32,000 nucleotides of DNA from Candidatus Nitrospira inopinata. Its GTDB lineage: Bacteria > Nitrospirota > Nitrospiria > Nitrospirales > Nitrospiraceae. Where the stretch lies: NCBI RefSeq assembly GCF_001458695.1, contig NZ_LN885086.1, positions 1,500,001 to 1,532,000 on the forward strand, in the 5' to 3' direction. Within the stretch, counting starts at the first letter, position 1. Every line of letters begins with the position of its first letter. This document shows, piece after piece, positions 24,744 to 31,157 of the stretch. The position numbers and the translations under genes are program-made. The notes under the pieces were generated by a model. It worked only from the letters and a program-made list of their open reading frames with translations, did no database searches and was not told the origin of the DNA.

Positions 24744-26921
24744 ATGGCAATACCAATGCAAGGAGCATGGACGGTTAGAGTAAAATCAAAGAGCGCCGCT
24801 TTCCCTCAGCGATTCATTATAGCTGGGGCCGATTCTGGTAATGGTACCTATGCGGGCGATGTTGGAACGCCACCCGTTTTCGTCACAGGGACAAACTGGC
24901 GTATTCAGATTCAAAATAATCCGGGCAGTGGTTTCATTGATTCGGCGGAGCAGATTAAATTTCCGGTAGTTGTCGGCTCCGAGTACCAATTCGACATCGA
25001 GAGCAATGATGCAGGACCAGATCAGGACTTCAATGACCTGATTCTGACCTGCTCGACTCCCGTTACTGCGACGGATTTCATTGTCTATGGACACGCGAGT
25101 TCATACAGCGGGCGATGTTTTTTCCCCTGTGGGCGTGGTTGGCTGGTTATCGATTCCCACGCGAGCCTGGCGTCTGCACTCAAGTATCCGGCTATTCGGA
25201 AGGCAATCGAAACTGTCTATCCGGAGCGAGCACGAATCAAGCCGATCCCTCAACCGGACCCTCCGCCGTTCGTTCCGATGATGATCCCGCTGAGCGACGA
25301 TCAGCTGATCCCCTCGAAACGTGCGCAAGTCCTCCGTTTACCTAAAGAAGTAGGGAGGTTGAAACAAGCAGCAAAAGCCTCCGAAGGAGGAGAGCATGCG
25401 TTTTCTCTACGGACAGCGGCCATCACGACGGTGGTTGAAAAATCCAGTTTCGTCATAGATCGAATCGGCATCGGTTCCATCGTCGACAAGCTCATACCGT
25501 TGTGCAGCACGGAAACATTGGCCGGCTTCCCTGTCAGTTTTCAAGAGTACGACCGCACCAGTGCCGAACTTGCCGGCGGTCCATATACCGGTACCGGTAC
25601 CAGAGAAGACCTTGGGCAGACCGTGACGGATCGGAATGGTAACTATATTTTCAGATTCTCGATCCCCATCGCCAAGTTCATTGAAGAGAGCAACGTCGAT
25701 GTCGCCCTAGGAGAGGATGAGGTTGTGCAATCGATGCCGGATCTCATCGTCAAATTATTGGATGCGATGGCTCCTGGTGGTGTGGCTTTCGAGAGCGCGC
25801 CTTACTGGAACGTGCCTGTGCTTAAACGTATTGATCTGTGCTTCCCCAAGCCGGCACGAACGGGGTGCCAGGGAGGCCGTAACATCCAGGCTCTGGGCGC
25901 CATTCGTCTGGGCATCTCAGATACGGTTTTCGATGGCGACGGACGAATCACCTGCACGGATACCTCGCTTCCGGATGTCCCGCAGGCCCGCTGCGCCGCG
26001 TGGTCTGGAAGAGTGCGTCTCTTCGGCTGTTTCATCGGCAGCGGAACCCCGGTGACACAGTATACGATTCGTCATCGGCGTAAAAACATGAGCACGGGTG
26101 TCTGGAGTTCCTGGGAATTTTATCAAGAGGGAATGTTCCTCCAGAAGATAGGTTTTATAGCTCCACAACAAATCGGGCCCTTTGATCGCATGCTCGAGGT
26201 GGTGAACGGACAGCCGAAGATGCTGGCCAAGGCCTATGACAATATTGAGCAAAATTTGGCGTGGGCCGCATCGGACTGGTTCTTGAAAGCCGTTATCAGC
26301 ACAGGAGGCGGCACTCCACCCTACGCTCCTTCGCCGGGAACGGTCCAATTCCAGATACAGGGATACGACGCCGCCGGGAATTTTGTCGTCGGTGCCACCG
26401 ACACGGTGACGATGTATATCGATAATACGGTGCCCGCTCTCGACTTGCCGTCGGTGCAGATGGGGACGCAGACGGGAGGCAACTGCGCGCTGTTCAGCCT
26501 TACCGGCGAACCGAACCCTGCAACGCTCACCGTGCGCTTCAAGGCCGTTCAGAATCAGGGGTTCCTAGGGCGATACGATCTTACTGTGCGCAAGGGGAAC
26601 AGCGGGGACTTCCCCGTCATGGCAACAACGGGACCGAGTGGTGAATCGAGCGGTGCGCTCTCGCGTGTTTATGGGCATGGAAGTGCCACCACCTGTGGGC
26701 AACTGTTCGGTACGCGTCCCCCCGACGAGCCGTTAGCCGATGCCGCCGACTACGTGACGGCGTACATCGTTCCTTCCCCCAGTGGTAACTGGCTTGATCC
26801 AGGGCAACCGTTTTGTACCTTCTCGGTGAATGTCAGTGCGACCATGCGCCGGACCAATGGGTATAACTCGGCCGAAGATGGATTTGGACCGGTGCAATAT
26901 CTTTTGGGCATTCAACAGTGA
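24744..26921 (+). CDS. Hypothetical 725-aa protein with an N-terminal LecB(PA-IIL)/DUF4114-like calcium-lectin signature, a Pro-rich linker and a large beta-rich C-terminal region
   Basis: AGGAGG lies 9 nt upstream of ATG 24744. N-terminal domain ...FDIESNDAGPDQDFNDLILTCS (DxDFND loop). Linker IKPIPQPDPPPFVPMM. A prealbumin-like TVTDRNGNYIFRF motif and an Ig-like MYIDNTVP motif. No signal peptide or TM segment. Confidence 0.7.
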   Translation: MAIPMQGAWTVRVKSKSAAFPQRFIIAGADSGNGTYAGDVGTPPVFVTGTNWRIQIQNNPGSGFIDSAEQIKFPVVVGSEYQFDIESNDAGPDQDFNDLILTCSTPVTATDFIVYGHASSYSGRCFFPCGRGWLVIDSHASLASALKYPAIRKAIETVYPERARIKPIPQPDPPPFVPMMIPLSDDQLIPSKRAQVLRLPKEVGRLKQAAKASEGGEHAFSLRTAAITTVVEKSSFVIDRIGIGSIVDKLIPLCSTETLAGFPVSFQEYDRTSAELAGGPYTGTGTREDLGQTVTDRNGNYIFRFSIPIAKFIEESNVDVALGEDEVVQSMPDLIVKLLDAMAPGGVAFESAPYWNVPVLKRIDLCFPKPARTGCQGGRNIQALGAIRLGISDTVFDGDGRITCTDTSLPDVPQARCAAWSGRVRLFGCFIGSGTPVTQYTIRHRRKNMSTGVWSSWEFYQEGMFLQKIGFIAPQQIGPFDRMLEVVNGQPKMLAKAYDNIEQNLAWAASDWFLKAVISTGGGTPPYAPSPGTVQFQIQGYDAAGNFVVGATDTVTMYIDNTVPALDLPSVQMGTQTGGNCALFSLTGEPNPATLTVRFKAVQNQGFLGRYDLTVRKGNSGDFPVMATTGPSGESSGALSRVYGHGSATTCGQLFGTRPPDEPLADAADYVTAYIVPSPSGNWLDPGQPFCTFSVNVSATMRRTNGYNSAEDGFGPVQYLLGIQQ

Positions 26922-26922
26922 G

Positions 26923-27282
26923 ATGCGTTTCTATTGGCTGATTATAGGAGTGCTCGCTGTCTGGAGGGTAACCCACCTGTTCTCCGCCGAAGACGGGCCG
27001 TGGCAGTTACTGGCTCGGCTTCGGCGGTGGGCAGGTGAGGGACTTCTTGCAGAGCTGCTGGATTGTTTCTATTGCCTAAGTCTCTGGATTGCAATGCCAA
27101 TAGCCTGGTTGATCGGAGAAGAATGGAAAGAACAAGTGTTGCTGTGGCTCTCTTTTTCAGGAGGAGCCATTCTTTTAGAGCGGGTGACTGGCCGAAGCCA
27201 CATTGCTCCGGCCTTATATCATGAAGAGCCTACATATAAGGAGCATAGAGGTGAAGACCATGGGATGCTGCGGAAAGAATAG
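26923..27282 (+). CDS. Small membrane protein, DUF1360-like
   Basis: The ATG lies 1 nt after the upstream stop (TGAgATG). MRFYWLIIGVLAVWRVTHLFSAEDGPW...LLDCFYCLSLWIAMPIAWL matches the DUF1360 pattern as I recall it (W/YR.T.L...D, C..C.S.W). It has 3 hydrophobic segments. Confidence 0.55.
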   Translation: MRFYWLIIGVLAVWRVTHLFSAEDGPWQLLARLRRWAGEGLLAELLDCFYCLSLWIAMPIAWLIGEEWKEQVLLWLSFSGGAILLERVTGRSHIAPALYHEEPTYKEHRGEDHGMLRKE

Positions 27283-27547
27283 ACCGAATCTGCAGAGAGA
27301 GGACGGTGTCATCAGACAACCAATCGTATCTGTTCATCGAACGCCGGACTTTCACTATTTTGAATATATTGGAAGAACGAGCCTTACCGCCCTAGGCCCT
27401 ATCACGGGCAGGCATTACCGGTTTGAGCGTTCAGGTGCCAGAGTTGCTATAGATGCGCGTGATGCCCCATCAATGATTGGAGTGCCAAACTTGCGGAAAG
27501 TTCATCTGCCGGATGAGGCAGGGAACAATAGGATTGAGCCTAGATGA
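27260..27547 (+). CDS. Hypothetical 95-aa soluble protein beginning MGCCGKN
   Basis: ATG 27260 is preceded by GAGGTG (6 nt) and overlaps the upstream gene by 23 nt. Its composition looks globular (FHYFEYIGRTSLTALGPITGRHYRFERSGARVAIDARDAPSMIGVPNLRKV). Confidence 0.5.
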   Translation: MGCCGKNRPNLQREDGVIRQPIVSVHRTPDFHYFEYIGRTSLTALGPITGRHYRFERSGARVAIDARDAPSMIGVPNLRKVHLPDEAGNNRIEPR

Positions 27548-27940
27548 AGAGGGAAAGAACCGACGGTAGGATGGAGTCCATTTCGAAATTCCCCTCTAAG
27601 AGGCAGGCACAATTTCTTTCGTTGGCAAAGCCACGGCTCAGCTTTCTGTTAGGCAGCTTTCTTGACAAGTCTGCTAAGCAAGAGAGCTTGAGGAAGGTGC
27701 TGCCTGCATGTTTCTCTTAGCCCCTGAAATCTAGGTATCATGAGGAATATTGGGCGGCATCTCCAGTTTTCCAATCAGTTGATTTCTCCGACAGCTCCAT
27801 TGATGAGCCGCTGTAGGAGATAAAAATCTCATTGCTTTTATGCCCTTGCGCCTGGCGATCATCATTTCCTGCTCATCGGCTGCCAGTCTCAGCTTTATGC
27901 TGACTTGCATGGCATTGGCCACACATACCTTGCTGCAAAA

Positions 27941-27970
27941 TTGACGGTTCTTTGGAGCGGATGTTAGAAT
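27941..27970 (+). promoter_or_regulatory. Putative sigma70 promoter for hpnH
   Basis: TTGACG (27941-27946), an 18-nt spacer, then TAGAAT (27965-27970); about 80 nt upstream of ATG 28050. Confidence 0.45.
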
Positions 27971-28049
27971 CCGCCCGTTTGCGAGCGAGTACGATTCGTG
28001 CGGCGGTTCGCCGCTGTTATCACGACAAAACGAGTGGAAGGAGAACGGA

Positions 28050-29066
28050 ATGGCCGTCCCCGTATCTCAAATGTTGACCGTCGCGAGCTACGTGCTTTCG
28101 AAAAAATTGAAGGGAGTCAAACGCTATCCGCTGGTGCTAATGCTCGAGCCCTTGTTTCGTTGCAACCTGGCTTGCGCCGGATGCGGCAAGATTCAGTATC
28201 CCGACCATATTCTTGATAAACGGTTGACCCCCGAACAGTGCTGGGCCGCAGCCGAGGAGTGCGGCGCGCCGATCGTGGCGATTCCGGGCGGCGAACCACT
28301 CATTCATCCGGAAATCGGGCGGATTGTCGAGGGGTTGGTGGCGCAAAAACGGTATCTCTATGTGTGCACGAACGCGATTTTGCTGGAAAGGAAACTCAAG
28401 GAGTTCAAGCCGTCGCAGTATTTGACGTTCAGCGTGCACATGGACGGGCTCAAGAACGAGCATGATATGGCCGTCTGCCGTGACGGTGTGTATGAGATCG
28501 CCGTCAGGGCGATCAAAGAAGCGTTGAAACTAGGCCATCGTGTGACCACCAATACCACGCTCTTCGATGATGCCAATCCCGATCGAGTGCGCCAGTTTTT
28601 TGATGAAATGATGATGCTTGGCGTTGAGGGGATGATGATTTCGCCCGGCTACAGTTATCAAAAAGCCCCTGACCAGCAACACTTCCTCAAGAAAGCCAAA
28701 ACCAAAGAATTGTTCTCGAAAATTCTCAGCCGGCCCAAGAGCTCATGGAAGTTCAATCAGTCGCCGCTGTTCTTGGATTTCCTGATGGGGAAACGAGACT
28801 ATCACTGTACGCCGTGGGGCAATCCCACCTATAACATTTTTGGATGGCAAAGGCCCTGTTATCTGTTGCAGGACGGCTACGCGAAAACCTTCCAGGAATT
28901 GTTGGATACGACGGAATGGCAGAACTATGGCACGAGCAAAAACGAGAAGTGCGCCGAGTGCATGGTCCACTGCGGGTATGAGGCGTCGGCGGTGAACGAT
29001 ACGTTCGGCTCGCTGTCAGGGTTCGTGCGCACCGCCAAACTCACATTATTGCCGACGCTGCGATAG
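28050..29066 (+). CDS. hpnH: Adenosylhopane synthase (hopanoid biosynthesis radical SAM protein HpnH)
   Basis: MAVPVSQMLTVASYVLSKKLKGVKRYPLVLMLEPLFRCNLACAGCGKIQYP (CxxxCxxC) and a C-terminal Cys cluster (CAECMVHCGYE). GGAAGGAG is the RBS. Confidence 0.9.
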   Translation: MAVPVSQMLTVASYVLSKKLKGVKRYPLVLMLEPLFRCNLACAGCGKIQYPDHILDKRLTPEQCWAAAEECGAPIVAIPGGEPLIHPEIGRIVEGLVAQKRYLYVCTNAILLERKLKEFKPSQYLTFSVHMDGLKNEHDMAVCRDGVYEIAVRAIKEALKLGHRVTTNTTLFDDANPDRVRQFFDEMMMLGVEGMMISPGYSYQKAPDQQHFLKKAKTKELFSKILSRPKSSWKFNQSPLFLDFLMGKRDYHCTPWGNPTYNIFGWQRPCYLLQDGYAKTFQELLDTTEWQNYGTSKNEKCAECMVHCGYEASAVNDTFGSLSGFVRTAKLTLLPTLR

Positions 29067-29162
29067 AGTACGCCATGAAGGGCGAGCGGGGGCTAAGGTG
29101 TTTGTAAAGGAAGACCGACGAACTCGCTCCATCTCATTGTTGCTTGCGGTGACTTCCCTCTC

Positions 29163-29555
29163 ATGACCGACACGAAGAATCATGCGTCAAGTGGTTCGAC
29201 TTCTCTCCAAGGTCGAGTGTTTAAGCCGGCGACGGCGCGGGAATTGGGCGAAGCCGTGGAGCTTGCGCTGGACTACCGTGGCGATGTCACACTGGTGCTG
29301 ACTTCCGGCGAGTCCATAGAAGGATACTTGTATAACCGGGAAGCCGACGGAGTCGACCCATGGATCGAGATCTTCCCCGTCGATGATCCATCGCCCCGGC
29401 GAATTCTCTACAGCGCGATCGAGACGATCGCATTTACCGGAGAAGATACGGCGGACGGCAAGTCCTGGGAAGCGTGGGTGTCGAAAAAAGAATCTGAACG
29501 ACGAGCCGAGGCGAAGCGAGTCGAGGAGGACGCGCGCAACCGCGGGTTGCTGTAG
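29163..29555 (+). CDS. Hypothetical 130-aa protein with a charged helical C-terminus
   Basis: The ORF has protein-like composition, but I recognise no family and see no clear RBS. Confidence 0.45.
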   Translation: MTDTKNHASSGSTSLQGRVFKPATARELGEAVELALDYRGDVTLVLTSGESIEGYLYNREADGVDPWIEIFPVDDPSPRRILYSAIETIAFTGEDTADGKSWEAWVSKKESERRAEAKRVEEDARNRGLL

Positions 29556-29693
29556 CTTCTTTATAACCGGTTTCATTCCTTCCGAGCCGATGGTCTGAGC
29601 ATGGGTTTGATCGTTTGTGTGTGCCGACGAAATGAGGTTGTTCATCCCAAGAGAGCAGATCGTCATGTGGACCGAGCAGGGTGTGTCATCTCA

Positions 29694-29722
29694 TTGACAA
29701 AGAGAGGGGGCTGTGCTAAAAA
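29694..29722 (+). promoter_or_regulatory. Putative sigma70 promoter
   Basis: TTGACA (29694-29699), a 17-nt spacer, then TAAAAA (29717-29722), upstream of the 29815 gene. Confidence 0.35.
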
Positions 29723-29814
29723 ACCCCGCCCTAAATCTGGTAAAACGGTGCCTGCCGAGCCTTGAAGTGTATTGTCGGGTTGTCGGAACCCGATCAACAG
29801 GCGAGCTTCGGAAC

Positions 29815-30351
29815 GTGGCTCGACTCAAACGGTGGGAGAGGATTTCGGTCAGGCCGGCCGCAATCGTATGTTGGGCTGTCGTAGGTGCGATGGTTCCTTC
29901 TTGGGTTTCTGCCACTCATGAGGCGGACCACCGTTTTGCTGTCGATGGGTATGTCTGTGGGGTGGATGGAAAGGGAGTTGCGGGCATAGACGTTTTGGTT
30001 AAAGACACCAAGATTGCTTACGGTCAAGTTGTTAAAACGGATAGCGACGGATACTACAAAGCGATCTTTCACCTCCATAACGACAACCTTGGCGACCCTA
30101 TTCTGGTTGAGGCAAGGGGGGAACAGCAAAACCACAGAGTCCAGTTCGATCCGAAAGATCTGGAGTCCGAGCGAAAGATTCGGGTCAATTTTGGAACCGG
30201 CTGCGAAGCGAGCGATTCTCCTCCGTGGTTGTGGATGGGGATGGGGGTTATAGTTGCGGGAGCCGGAGCGCTTCTTGGGTTGAAAGTGGTCCGTTCCGGG
30301 CGCAAACCGGAACGGACGAAGGAAAAGTCGCAGGGCAAGCGAAAATCGTAA
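29815..30351 (+). CDS. Exported carboxypeptidase-regulatory-like (prealbumin-fold) domain protein with a C-terminal TM anchor and basic tail
   Basis: The GTG start at 29815 gives a signal peptide MARLKRWERISVRPAAIVCWAVVGAMVPSWVSA|THE. Domain motif VDGYVCGVDGKGVAGIDVLVKD...VKTDSDGYYKA. TM anchor WLWMGMGVIVAGAGALLGL followed by RSGRKPERTKEKSQGKRKS. The start is uncertain (the track ORF starts at 29713). Confidence 0.55.
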   Translation: MARLKRWERISVRPAAIVCWAVVGAMVPSWVSATHEADHRFAVDGYVCGVDGKGVAGIDVLVKDTKIAYGQVVKTDSDGYYKAIFHLHNDNLGDPILVEARGEQQNHRVQFDPKDLESERKIRVNFGTGCEASDSPPWLWMGMGVIVAGAGALLGLKVVRSGRKPERTKEKSQGKRKS

Positions 30352-30457
30352 TCGTTTTTTAATGATAGCCCGTGGGGGCCGTACCGATCTCATGTGTCGG
30401 TCGGGGTGAGTTCGAGGTTTCGTGGGCGGGACACTGTGTGCGGTTGCAATGGTGAGC

Positions 30458-30505
30458 GCTTTTACAGGATGTTGTCATCCATGTAGAAGCGTTTTTTTAT
30501 TTTTA
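30458..30505 (+). terminator. Rho-independent terminator
   Basis: Extended hairpin: GCTTTTACA (30458-30466) pairs with TGTAGAAGC (30482-30490), with one G-U pair. It encloses an inner stem GGATG-ttgt-CATCC. GTTTTTTTATTTTTAT follows. Confidence 0.65.
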
Positions 30506-30574
30506 TCCGTCTTCATAAAACCCCGTGGGTGTCCGAAGGTGGGCCGGGAGTAAGGGGTCATCAGGAGAGAAGTC

Positions 30575-31084
30575 GTGCGTGTCGCGGTGCAAGCCGTATT
30601 GATTGTCAGCCTGGGGTTACTGGTCTCCTGTAGCGCCGAAGAGGGTGGATTGGGAGACGGACCGATCGTTCCCCCTCCTCCGCCGCCGCCGGAATATGCT
30701 GAGAAACATATGCCTGCAGGGTGGTGGAACGACCAGGCCAAAATGGAAGAGGGGCGAAAGATCTACCTGGGTGAGGCGAACCCCGACGTCAATTGCGCCA
30801 GTTGTCATGGGAAAGACGGAAAACCGGTCAAGGCTGGCGCGCGCGACTTTCGCAATGTCGAACGGATGAAGCTTGCCTCCGATTCGGTATGGTTTTGGCG
30901 CATTGCCGAGGGAGTTCCCAACACGAAGATGAAGGGCTGGAAGAGCAAGCTTTCGGAAGAAGATATGTGGAAGCTGGTGCTCTATGAACGGAGTTTTGCG
31001 TTGTCCGGAAAGGCATGGAGCGACGAGAAAAAGCAGTGGGTTGATGTCGGGAGCATTCCAACGCCCCCAGCCGGTGAGGAATAG
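30575..31084 (+). CDS. Mono-haem c-type cytochrome lipoprotein with a poly-proline tether
   Basis: GTG start with CAGGAGAGA as RBS. Lipobox LLVSC. PPPPPPP tether. Haem motif CASCHGKDG with distal NTKMKGW. Class I cytochrome c layout. Confidence 0.8.
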   Translation: MRVAVQAVLIVSLGLLVSCSAEEGGLGDGPIVPPPPPPPEYAEKHMPAGWWNDQAKMEEGRKIYLGEANPDVNCASCHGKDGKPVKAGARDFRNVERMKLASDSVWFWRIAEGVPNTKMKGWKSKLSEEDMWKLVLYERSFALSGKAWSDEKKQWVDVGSIPTPPAGEE

Positions 31085-31157
31085 GCGCGAAGGTCTGAAG
31101 GTCTGGTGGGGCAAAGATTCTTTTGTGTGACCTTTTGTGTGAATGGGACGTCACGCT

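Larger units (their letters stand above)
22171..27940. other. tRNA-Cys-flanking accessory island (about 5.8 kb) without a recognisable integrase; interrupts the hopanoid/MEP neighbourhood
   Basis: It begins at the tRNA 3' end and is visibly more AT-rich than the flanks. It consists of a 1.1 kb non-coding repeat-rich leader, four orphan genes and a non-coding tail of about 390 bp. hpnH, with its own promoter, resumes at 27941. Confidence 0.45.

Noticed and set aside
27260-27280. Reading MGCCGKN as a eukaryote-type N-myristoylation/palmitoylation motif, as seen in some secreted bacterial effectors.
   Set aside because: Position 6 is Lys rather than the preferred small residue. There is no evidence for a host-associated lifestyle or a secretion signal. 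This is pure speculation.
27731-27922. A 63-aa minus-strand ORF in the island tail whose IKLRLAADEQEMMIARRKGIKAMRFL segment loosely recalls ribbon-helix-helix/MobC-type proteins. It might be a remnant of a mobilisation gene.
   Set aside because: The similarity is only impressionistic. The ORF has no RBS and odd composition elsewhere. A profile search would be needed before calling it.
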